Shown one piece after another: positions 9,667-18,414 of a stretch of DNA of 64,000 nt; position 1 is the first letter of the stretch, and each line of letters starts with the position of its first letter. Position numbers and translations under genes: made by a program. A model generated the notes under the pieces. The model did no database searches and was not told the origin of the DNA. It saw only the letters and a list, made by a program, of their open reading frames with translations. This DNA comes from Ignavibacteria bacterium (GTDB lineage Bacteria > Bacteroidota > Ignavibacteria > Kapaibacteriales > Kapaibacteriaceae): contig CANMBE010000006.1 of NCBI GenBank assembly GCA_947495975.1, positions 951 to 64,950 of the forward strand. The letters are read 5' to 3'.

Positions 9667-10385
9667 AGATTGCTATTTCAAAGGCATCTGGTGCGGCTAA
9701 CTACGAAGGCTATGCACGTTGGCTGAGAGCAGTGGATTCAGATGTGCAGATTGTAGACATGATAGGGCGCAACCCAGAAGATGCAGTAATCGCTCTTAGC
9801 GAATGTGATGGGCTTGTATTGTCTGGCGGTCCTGATGTTGACCCTCAGCGCTATAATGAACCTGAAAAGAGAAATATGTGCGGTCTAATAGACCTTGATC
9901 GCGATGAACTTGAGTTTGCGTTAGCACGTGAAGCACGCGAGCTCTCCATTCCAATGCTTGGTATTTGCCGAGGCGCACAAGTTCTGAATGTTGCATACGG
10001 CGGCACGCTCTATGCAGACTTGCCAACAGCTAAGCCAAGCACCATAGAGCATCGACACATTGATTCTGCGGATTCATCGCACGTTGTACATGTTGAATCA
10101 GGATCCATCATCCGTCGCATTGCGGGTGTGTTTGATTCCAGCGTGAACTCTGCGCATCATCAGGCTGTAGAAAAACTTGCCAGCATCTTTACTCCCTCTG
10201 CCCTAGCTCCCGATGGTGTAATTGAAGCTTTTGAATGGGGCGATGCAACAATGGGTGGAAAGCCGTTTCTGCTCGCAGTGCAGTGGCACCCGGAGCGTAT
10301 GAGCTACGATGAGCCCCTTTCATTGAATATTGCTCGGCACTTTCTTCACGAAGCTGATGCGTATTCTGTACTCATTCGCAGGTAA
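9663..10385 (+). CDS. Class I glutamine amidotransferase / gamma-glutamyl-GABA hydrolase (peptidase C26) family protein
   Basis: GICRGAQVLNVAYGG catalytic Cys motif; HH near the C-terminus. Confidence 0.75.
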   Translation: MKIAISKASGAANYEGYARWLRAVDSDVQIVDMIGRNPEDAVIALSECDGLVLSGGPDVDPQRYNEPEKRNMCGLIDLDRDELEFALAREARELSIPMLGICRGAQVLNVAYGGTLYADLPTAKPSTIEHRHIDSADSSHVVHVESGSIIRRIAGVFDSSVNSAHHQAVEKLASIFTPSALAPDGVIEAFEWGDATMGGKPFLLAVQWHPERMSYDEPLSLNIARHFLHEADAYSVLIRR

Positions 10386-10554
10386 CGAATTTCAACCTGT
10401 GCTATATCAGGTTTCTACGGCCGCACTCTCTCTGGGTGATATCGCTCAGCCAAAGTGCAGCATCCTTCGTTCTCTCCAGAATACTCATGTGCTGTTACTC
10501 ATCAGCTTCCGCAATCGATGTAAAGGTATGATTGAATGGATGTGGTATTGCGTA

Positions 10555-12321
10555 TCATTCCAACCGGGTGCTAGACTCATTACTGCTAGCTATAAAGCCA
10601 CTCCTGTTGTTGGGACGAAGTTGGACGTTGATCTGAAAGATTCCTGAGAGATCAATTCGCTTTTCTTTATCAACAACTCGCACGTCTTCGTGAAGAGAAC
10701 ATGAAGCCGCAAACCATTCAGCGATTTGCCAACGTATTGTGAGTGAACTTCGCGTTCCAACACCATTGCCAACAACGATTTGTAGTGCGCCAACAACGGT
10801 GGCATCTAACATTCGTGGAGCTACGTCTCCATTCGTAGCTGAGAACCGAGTCAGCCGCGCACGAATCGATATATCCTTTCGTGCACTCCATCGTATGTCT
10901 AGAAACATCAACGTTCCCTGATCAGTTGCGCCAAACTGTTCCCATATCTGCGCTCGTGTGTCTATTCGAAGTCTTCCAATGAGTGAGGGAGCTATGGGGA
11001 AGTCAACATCTGCACGAATCATGAAGAATGAGAATCTGCCCATTTGACGTGTTGCACTCAGCGAGTGTGCATCCGTGCCATGCTCGTATCGCAGCCGCGC
11101 GCTCGTGTTGATTCCGCGGAATGGTCTTGCAGTGAAGTCTGCTGTGAGGCCAGTCGTTGAAGTGGGAAGAGGCACGAGGTAAGACCTACTGATTCTACCG
11201 CCATATGCTAGTGCAAGAGATGCCGCTGCGTGTGGCGTAGGATGGAAACGAGCAGCTATAAGAAATCCCGCATGATTGTGTGGTGTTGATACAGTGTTTG
11301 TGGTTGAACCAAAGTCTGATCGAAAGTTGGGATCATACCACCAAAGTGCCATGCCAATGTCAGAATACTTCGTAGAGTATTCGGCGTTGATTTGTGCAGC
11401 GCTACGTAGAGAAGCGTCTAGTGCAATTTCTCCTGTTAAACTTCCGCCAGAAGTGTGGAACGCTGCACCAAGTGAGAGCAGCGATTGTTGTGAACCCGAA
11501 ACCATTGATGATATGATTGTCCATTGTTGAATCTGCGCCGAGCACGATGCAGCGAGAACAGTGTTCATAACTCCGTTTACATTCTGAGAGCTAAGAGCAA
11601 AGGTCAAATCAAAAAACGTGTTTGGTATTACAGTATGAATTGCAACGCCTCGTTGTAGTCCTTCTGTCACTGTGGATGTCCACGGGTGCATCTGCCAGGA
11701 TGTGCTTGAGGACGATAGAATGTCTGTTGGATTTCTTGCGAGAGCCCGAGCAGTTCCCATGATAAGTCCGGAGTTAAACCGAAGTGCAAAATCGCCCACA
11801 ACTATATCAACATTCTCTATTCGAGCTGTTGCCCAAAAACCAGAAATCTGTTTTCCAGCATAGCCCTGTAATGCATACGTAGCACCAACTCTACCAAGTG
11901 CGTACTGAACGTCTACCCGCGCAACGGCAGTACTTGTAGCCCTCGTTGGTAGTCGAATGAAGGCATCGGCCCTACTGATGAATCCACTACATGCGCACGT
12001 AAGAGATGTGCACGCCGTCAAAAGCACAAACTGATCTGATGTAAGGCAGAGTGTGTCGGCAAGATGTTCAATGCTGGTAATCGCACCAGAATTGACAGCG
12101 CGGATGATTGCAACGGCAGTGCGCTTGCCAATGCCAGGAATTTCTGTGAGGTCTTGTGCCTTGCAACAATGGAGACAGAGCGGATCTTCTCGGTGGCGTT
12201 CAAGCACGTCAAGTGCTGGTGCAATCCACGCACCATCGAGTAGATCATCGATCTGTGCGATTATTGTGAGCGGTATGCTACAGATCACGACAAGCAAAAT
12301 CAGCCTCATCACCACGGGCAC
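10555..12321 (-). CDS. Secreted protein: N-terminal ComEA-like helix-hairpin-helix DNA-binding module fused to a long beta-rich, putative outer-membrane barrel region
   Basis: Signal peptide; TEIPGIGKRTAVAIIRAVNSG HhH motif; about 450 aa Gly/Ser/Thr/Ala-rich with alternating pattern. Confidence 0.5.
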   Translation of the reverse strand: MPVVMRLILLVVICSIPLTIIAQIDDLLDGAWIAPALDVLERHREDPLCLHCCKAQDLTEIPGIGKRTAVAIIRAVNSGAITSIEHLADTLCLTSDQFVLLTACTSLTCACSGFISRADAFIRLPTRATSTAVARVDVQYALGRVGATYALQGYAGKQISGFWATARIENVDIVVGDFALRFNSGLIMGTARALARNPTDILSSSSTSWQMHPWTSTVTEGLQRGVAIHTVIPNTFFDLTFALSSQNVNGVMNTVLAASCSAQIQQWTIISSMVSGSQQSLLSLGAAFHTSGGSLTGEIALDASLRSAAQINAEYSTKYSDIGMALWWYDPNFRSDFGSTTNTVSTPHNHAGFLIAARFHPTPHAAASLALAYGGRISRSYLVPLPTSTTGLTADFTARPFRGINTSARLRYEHGTDAHSLSATRQMGRFSFFMIRADVDFPIAPSLIGRLRIDTRAQIWEQFGATDQGTLMFLDIRWSARKDISIRARLTRFSATNGDVAPRMLDATVVGALQIVVGNGVGTRSSLTIRWQIAEWFAASCSLHEDVRVVDKEKRIDLSGIFQINVQLRPNNRSGFIASSNESSTRLE

Positions 12322-13088
12322 GTCAGTATCACGTGTGGTGACGTGCCAAGATTGTCTACGTGCCGAATACCAAGAATTATCTCAATAGTCTCAATCGATG
12401 CAATGTGCGCGTCTAAGCGAATAGTGAGCGGCGCAGAGAGAATAGCTGCTACAATTGTCACATCGGTTGCCGGTAACCAGACACCAGTGCATTGAAGTGC
12501 AACATCACCTTTGCTGTTCATCACAACGTCGGCAGCAACGCTATAGATGTCTGATGTAAACATGGCAGCGCATCGTACCCAGAGCGCAGGCTGTGACCCA
12601 ACTACAACAATGTCGTCAATTGAGGCCCCAAACGTCCACTGGTCGCGCCGCACCAGCGCGTTGATTCCTAACCGCACGTCCACCGAATTCGAGAACCCTC
12701 GCAGAATTGTCCAGCCAACCGTTGTTCTCAGACCCACGTGGAAGCCCGTCCCGGGCGACCATGTTGTGCGCCCACCAAGGACTACGTCTGACCAGCCGCT
12801 GGCGGACCTGCCTGAGAGCCACATTGAAACGGGCAGGTGGGGTAATCCGATGGCAAAAGTTGCCCTCGAGAGCTCCGTCAGTCCAAATGGTGCGGCGATT
12901 GCCTCTACTACGATCTGACTGTCGATTTCCCATGCGGGCACCTCCAAAGCGTCTATTTCGCTAAGAATCCCGCATCCAGAGGCACTCTGTTGAGCCAATA
13001 GGTGTCCGCTCAATATGAATATGACCGTAGCCGTCACCGCTTGGGTGCGTAGATTCGTTGGTACCCATTTTTGCTGAGAAGTTTCCAT
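12309..13088 (-). CDS. Secreted beta-rich hypothetical protein, probably co-transcribed with 10555..12321
   Basis: 259-aa ORF with signal peptide; 13-nt overlap with the downstream gene. Confidence 0.45.
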   Translation of the reverse strand: METSQQKWVPTNLRTQAVTATVIFILSGHLLAQQSASGCGILSEIDALEVPAWEIDSQIVVEAIAAPFGLTELSRATFAIGLPHLPVSMWLSGRSASGWSDVVLGGRTTWSPGTGFHVGLRTTVGWTILRGFSNSVDVRLGINALVRRDQWTFGASIDDIVVVGSQPALWVRCAAMFTSDIYSVAADVVMNSKGDVALQCTGVWLPATDVTIVAAILSAPLTIRLDAHIASIETIEIILGIRHVDNLGTSPHVILTCPW

Positions 13089-13992
13089 GGCAGTGTCAAT
13101 GCGTTCGGTTATCCTCCTTGTGGCGTTTTTGTGTGTAAACGTGACGCTCTCGGCTCAAGAATTAGATCCTATGGTGTCGGTCAATATGGATCCACTGCCG
13201 CAGGATCAGCGACAGGACGTGATTACCATGGCCTCAACGGTCAAGAACTACCTTAGCTCTAACCGATACACGGGTGGTGACTGGGAAGGCCCCAAAATCC
13301 CTGTAGACGTAACGATCTACATTAACTCTCGGAACGGAAATCGCTATTCGGGAAGAATCTCCATCGTTAGCAAACGCCTTATAAACAACACCGCTGGAAC
13401 GGGCGGTGGATTGCTCCGAGTGTTTGATCAGGATTGGGCATTTGAATGGGCATTTAACCCAACGCTTACGTATCAGCCCCTTCGTTTTGATCCATTCGTA
13501 AGCGTGGTAGACTTTTACATGCTCATCGCAATCGGGTTAGACCTGGACACGTATGAAGATCTTGGTGGATCTGCCATGTTCCAGGCTGCACAACAGATCG
13601 CACAGACCGGAAACGCCAACGGTGTTACGCAGTTTAGCACAGTGTACCAGCCGGGTCAGTTTACCCGCATGTCACTCATTACAGAGCTCAGCGACATGCG
13701 GTATCAAGGCCTGCGCAGACTCCTATTTGATTACCACGACGCTATTGATGCGTTTGCACTGAAAAAAGGTACGGGGCTTGCTGAAATCGAAGCTGTAATT
13801 CATGACATTGCCGACTTCAAGCGGACGAAGATCACAAATCGTAGCGTGTTTCTTCAAGTGCTCTTTGATGCAAAATCATTAGAGCTTGCAGATCTTTTCC
13901 GCGGCTATAAGGGTGAACAGATTTGGTCTGACTTGCGGTTTCTCGATCCCGGAAACGCTCAACAGTACGAAGCTGCACGCCAGGGAAATTAA
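13087..13992 (+). CDS. Secreted hypothetical protein (DUF4835-like)
   Basis: 301-aa ORF with signal peptide; tight junction with the following gene. Confidence 0.5.
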   Translation: MAVSMRSVILLVAFLCVNVTLSAQELDPMVSVNMDPLPQDQRQDVITMASTVKNYLSSNRYTGGDWEGPKIPVDVTIYINSRNGNRYSGRISIVSKRLINNTAGTGGGLLRVFDQDWAFEWAFNPTLTYQPLRFDPFVSVVDFYMLIAIGLDLDTYEDLGGSAMFQAAQQIAQTGNANGVTQFSTVYQPGQFTRMSLITELSDMRYQGLRRLLFDYHDAIDAFALKKGTGLAEIEAVIHDIADFKRTKITNRSVFLQVLFDAKSLELADLFRGYKGEQIWSDLRFLDPGNAQQYEAARQGN

Positions 13993-15192
13993 ATGCCTGA
14001 CGCACTTCGAAAGCATGAACAATTTATGCGCGAGGCACTAGCACTTGCGGCTGAAGCAGCAGAAGCAGGTGATGTTCCCGTGGGCTGCGTTGTGGTTTGT
14101 GAGGACGCAGTGGTAGGCCGAGGTGCCAATGAGATTCAGCGAATGGGAAATCCTACACGTCACGCAGAAATTGTTGCAATAGAAGACGCTTCGCGTTCGC
14201 TTGGAGAAAAGTTTCTGGAAAAATGCACACTCTATGTAACCCTAGAGCCTTGTGCGATGTGTGCTGGCGCAATTGTATTGTCTCGCATACCAACCGTTAT
14301 CTACGGTGCATCCGATCCCAAGACTGGCGCATGCCGCAGTGTGTTTGAGATTGTTGATGATCCGCGCCTCAATCATCAATCAATTGTCAGAACAGGAATA
14401 CTCGAAGAAGAATGCTCGGCTCAGCTAACGCAATTCTTTGCTGAGCGCAGGCAGGAGCCCCTTGTTCAATCAAATGATGAATCGCCAGCCATCAGCAAAA
14501 GTGGAGTGTTGTGGCTTGTGCCCACGCCAATTGGTAACCTTGATGATATGACGTTGCGAGCAGTAAAGACGCTGCGAGAGGCGGACGTGATTGTGTGTGA
14601 GGATACAAGACACTCAAGCCCCATGCTCAAACGATTTGATGTCCCCAAAAAACCACTGCTCAGTTATCACGAGCACAACGAGCGAGATAGAGCGAAAGAA
14701 ATTGTGGAGCGTGTTCGCATCGGTCAGCGTGTTGCCATGATAAGCGATGCCGGCATGCCAGGCATTAGCGATCCTGGGTACCGCGCAGTGCGTGCGTGTA
14801 TTGACGCTGGCCTCACTGTAACGGCATTGCCTGGTGCCTCGGCTATGGTCACAGCCGCTGCTGCCTCTGGTCTTCCAACCGATCTGCTCACATTCGTTGG
14901 GTTTCCTCCTCAGAAAAAGGGCCGGGTAGCATTTCTGCAAAAAATTCTCGCACAGAACGGCACGATCATCATGTATGAGTCTCCATATCGTCTGCTTGAT
15001 TTGTTGCGCGATATCGAAACGATAACTGGCCCCAACAGGCCAGCCGTAGTTGCTCGCGAGATATCCAAACTCCACGAAGAGTACGTGAGAGGAACTGTCA
15101 GCATCGTGATAGCCAGTCTTGCTGCAAAATCCTCCATCAAGGGTGAGTGTGTTGTGTTGATAGGGGGCGATATGGTTCAAGGAGGCATCTAA
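13993..15192 (+). CDS. Fusion protein: tRNA-specific adenosine deaminase (TadA) N-domain plus 16S rRNA 2'-O-ribose C1402 methyltransferase (RsmI) C-domain
   Basis: N-terminus HAEIVAIE and PCAMCAGAI (CDA zinc motifs); C-terminus LWLVPTPIGNLDDMTLRA...VCEDTRH (tetrapyrrole-methylase RsmI); single uninterrupted frame. Confidence 0.75.
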   Translation: MPDALRKHEQFMREALALAAEAAEAGDVPVGCVVVCEDAVVGRGANEIQRMGNPTRHAEIVAIEDASRSLGEKFLEKCTLYVTLEPCAMCAGAIVLSRIPTVIYGASDPKTGACRSVFEIVDDPRLNHQSIVRTGILEEECSAQLTQFFAERRQEPLVQSNDESPAISKSGVLWLVPTPIGNLDDMTLRAVKTLREADVIVCEDTRHSSPMLKRFDVPKKPLLSYHEHNERDRAKEIVERVRIGQRVAMISDAGMPGISDPGYRAVRACIDAGLTVTALPGASAMVTAAAASGLPTDLLTFVGFPPQKKGRVAFLQKILAQNGTIIMYESPYRLLDLLRDIETITGPNRPAVVAREISKLHEEYVRGTVSIVIASLAAKSSIKGECVVLIGGDMVQGGI

Positions 15193-15806
15193 TGCTCATC
15201 TCTTTTGAAGGCATTGATGGTAGCGGCAAAAGCACCCAGTTAGTGATGTTGCGCGAGGTGCTCGAGGATCGAGGATTAACAGTTGTCGTGATTCGCGAAC
15301 CAGGAGCTACGCTTCTTTCGGAATCTATCCGCGAGATACTTCTCAGTACAAAACAGACCATCACGCCTACCGCAGAATTGCTGCTTTTTAGCGCTGCACG
15401 AACACAGCTTGTAGAAAAAGTGATCGAGCCAGCTCTGAATGAGGGTTCAATTATCCTGTGTGACAGATACGTGGACAGCACAACGGCGTACCAAGGATTT
15501 GGCCGCAAGCTTGATTTGGATAGCGTTCGGCTGTGTAACAGGATAGCCACTCGGGGGGTCATGCCTACGGTAACATTCTTCATAGATGTTGCATACGAAC
15601 AGGCCCAGCAGCGTATGCAATTTGACCTCGGTGTAGGCGAGCCAGATAGAATGGAACGTTCCGGCAGAGACTTCTTTGAGCGAGTCCGTTATGGCTATCT
15701 GCAAATTGCAGTTGATGAGCCAGAACGATTTATGGTGATCGATGGTTCTCGTGATCGGTTGGAGATCCACAGCGACATTTTTTCAACTCTAGAACCTCTT
15801 CTCTAG
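15192..15806 (+). CDS. tmk: Thymidylate kinase
   Basis: ISFEGIDGSGKSTQ P-loop; AGGAGG 6 nt upstream; TAATG overlap with the upstream stop. Confidence 0.85.
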   Translation: MLISFEGIDGSGKSTQLVMLREVLEDRGLTVVVIREPGATLLSESIREILLSTKQTITPTAELLLFSAARTQLVEKVIEPALNEGSIILCDRYVDSTTAYQGFGRKLDLDSVRLCNRIATRGVMPTVTFFIDVAYEQAQQRMQFDLGVGEPDRMERSGRDFFERVRYGYLQIAVDEPERFMVIDGSRDRLEIHSDIFSTLEPLL

Positions 15807-15832
15807 AATCAGTTTTTTACGCACACTCCCTT

Positions 15833-18379
15833 ATGAACCGTAATATTTTTGTCTCTGTCATCTCGCTCTTTGTTCTGGGCTCCTTTGGTGCTTCGCTCCG
15901 CGGACAAACTGTAGTTGATACCCGTAAACTTCTTGTTTCGATTCAACCATCAAAGAGTGCTGCAAATTCTCAACTGACGGCATTCATTCGCCCGATGATG
16001 TTGCAGCATGATTTTGCGCGCACTGTGTTCGAGGTCCAAAGCAAGGAACTCACCCTTTCAAATTTCCCACTTCCAGGAAACACGGAAGCTTCGCTTGTTC
16101 TTGAGCGTTCGCGGGCTGTGTTCGATGCGAATACAGAATTTTATACACACACATCTGCTGGAAGAGTAGCATTAAATATTCGTCCCGTTGTTTCTTATCG
16201 TGGTACAATAGACGGAGACCCTGCAACGAAAGTATCCCTGCACTATAGCGAAGGTAGCCTCACTGGATTTGTAGTGATGGCAAATGGCCGCCGAACGGTT
16301 GTTGGCCGAGACTTTAGCAGCAAGCGCACCGATGGCGGCACGCCACATACAGTTGCCGATGAAGTATCGATGTTTGGTGTAGACCCACTCTCAAAGTTTC
16401 TTTGCGGCAATGACGCACTGCCAGTTGATGAGGCCGCTATAGCACGGCTTATGGTTATGCCTGCCAAAGCAAAAATCAGCGAACAAACTCAGGAAGATTA
16501 TCTAAGAGAATTCCGGATGGCAATGGTTGTCCGAGAAGACGTAGACAGTGTTATGAAGCTTCGTGGCGAAACAGATGAGGAGATCGTTCAATATTTTATG
16601 AAGATCGCTGCCGCAATGGCTCAGGCATATGAGGAAGACTTAGATGCGATGCTCTATGTTGGATACTTTGAGAAATTCACAGAGGACGAACCGTCTGGCC
16701 TCTACAATAATGGCTCAGCACCAGGTCAGCTCCTGTATGAGTTTTCGCGTGAATGGTCACAAACTCGGAACAGTGTAAATCGAAGTGTTGCCCATTGTTA
16801 TACTCTTATCCGGCCTTCCAATGGCTCGTTTGTAGGTGGCATCGCATTCCTAGGTACACTGTGTGAAAAAGCTTTTGGTGGCGCCTACGGCGTATCAACG
16901 TTGTATCTGAACGCATCCGAAATTCCAGGCGACCCTAATCGAGGTAATGGTTTTGTGTGGGACGTCTTTGTAGGTGCACATGAAATGGGTCACAATATCG
17001 GTTCACCTCACACGCACAGTTGTTACTGGAGTCCGGCAATTGATACGTGTCAGATTCAATCTGATGGCACTGATGCGTGCTACGATGACCAAAGTCTGCG
17101 CAGAGTCATTCCCGGCACAATCATGAGTTATTGTCACCTACCCAATGGCTCAAGCACCCCTCTAACGTTTGGTCCTCGAGCATCGCAAAAGATGCGCAGT
17201 TGGTTGGCAGAATCTACCTGTGCGCCCTTTGTAACGAAGGCTACTGTGAAGATTACAGAGCCTCGTGGTTCCGACAGCTACAATTATGGTGAGCGGATGA
17301 CCATTCGGTGGGCCTCTGCACGAGTGGCAAAAGTGAATATCCTATGGGGGCCAGCCGAAGTTGGTCCTTGGACAACCATTGCCATTAACATTAATGCCGT
17401 TGATCGACAGTATCTATGGACCGTTCCAGTTATGCCAGTCACAAATTTCTGGATCCGCATACAGGATGCATCGAATGCAAATGTGCACGATACGTCTCTT
17501 GCCAGTTATCGGTTTGCAACTCCTGTTATACTTGATGCACCGAAGGGTGGGGAACGTCTCGGTCAGGGATCCGCATTTAATATTCGCTGGACAAAGTCAG
17601 ATGGGATTGGTGATGTGAAGCTCGAGTATTCGCCAGACGGAACCAACTACCAAACTCTGGCTGCCCCATCGAGTGCAACAGCATACCAGTGGACTGTGCC
17701 AACGGTACTAACCGACAACGCGCGTATCAGAGTTGCGGCAGTTGCTATACCGGCGGCTCCTTCAATCAGTGGTGCGTTTTCGATAGGTGCTCGCAGGTTC
17801 TCATTGGAGCTTCCGGCAGAAAGCGGTTTTCTCTGCAAAAACAAAGTCAATCTTTTTCAGTGGACATCAGACTTTATTCCAACAATTCGCTTCCAATACT
17901 CCACCGATAATGGGGCTAACTGGCGAACGGCTACACAGCAATCAACAATAGATGCAACGCTGAGTTCATTGTTTAGCCGCAACGTAAATATGAACAGTGT
18001 GCCTGCAGGCACGACGCTCTTGCTACGCGTCGTAGATGCTCAAACTGAAGAGATTCTTGCTACGCGGAATCTCCTTCGTATGGATTCATGCGGCGCCGTC
18101 TCAGTAGATGAAACGCCTTCTGACGTTTTATTCTCAATGACACCAAATCCAGCTTCGACAACAATGCGACTAGAGATTGGGTCACAGACGTCGAATCTGA
18201 TTGATGTATTCTTGATCACAAACGATGGCCGCGAAATCATCCTACGAACTGGTATAAGCGCATCTCCAGGTACAATGAGCATTGATTTTCCACTAGCCGA
18301 TATAGCAGCCGGAGCATATCGTGTCTGTGTTCGTAGCAATGGCCAACAGGTGACAGCTCCACTGATAATCACCCGCTAG
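15833..18379 (+). CDS. Secreted metzincin zinc metalloprotease (HExxHxxGxxH) with repeated beta-sandwich modules and a T9SS C-terminal sorting domain
   Basis: 848 aa; signal peptide; VGAHEMGHNIGSPHTHSCYW; C-terminal CTD-like tail ...YRVCVRSNGQQVTAPLIITR. Confidence 0.75.
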   Translation: MNRNIFVSVISLFVLGSFGASLRGQTVVDTRKLLVSIQPSKSAANSQLTAFIRPMMLQHDFARTVFEVQSKELTLSNFPLPGNTEASLVLERSRAVFDANTEFYTHTSAGRVALNIRPVVSYRGTIDGDPATKVSLHYSEGSLTGFVVMANGRRTVVGRDFSSKRTDGGTPHTVADEVSMFGVDPLSKFLCGNDALPVDEAAIARLMVMPAKAKISEQTQEDYLREFRMAMVVREDVDSVMKLRGETDEEIVQYFMKIAAAMAQAYEEDLDAMLYVGYFEKFTEDEPSGLYNNGSAPGQLLYEFSREWSQTRNSVNRSVAHCYTLIRPSNGSFVGGIAFLGTLCEKAFGGAYGVSTLYLNASEIPGDPNRGNGFVWDVFVGAHEMGHNIGSPHTHSCYWSPAIDTCQIQSDGTDACYDDQSLRRVIPGTIMSYCHLPNGSSTPLTFGPRASQKMRSWLAESTCAPFVTKATVKITEPRGSDSYNYGERMTIRWASARVAKVNILWGPAEVGPWTTIAININAVDRQYLWTVPVMPVTNFWIRIQDASNANVHDTSLASYRFATPVILDAPKGGERLGQGSAFNIRWTKSDGIGDVKLEYSPDGTNYQTLAAPSSATAYQWTVPTVLTDNARIRVAAVAIPAAPSISGAFSIGARRFSLELPAESGFLCKNKVNLFQWTSDFIPTIRFQYSTDNGANWRTATQQSTIDATLSSLFSRNVNMNSVPAGTTLLLRVVDAQTEEILATRNLLRMDSCGAVSVDETPSDVLFSMTPNPASTTMRLEIGSQTSNLIDVFLITNDGREIILRTGISASPGTMSIDFPLADIAAGAYRVCVRSNGQQVTAPLIITR

Positions 18380-18414
18380 TCATTTTGTATCTTTATGCCA
18401 AGTTCCATTGAGAG

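Noticed and set aside
14614-15180. 188-aa minus-strand ORF
   Set aside because: Antisense to the RsmI-domain part of the tadA-rsmI fusion; no support.
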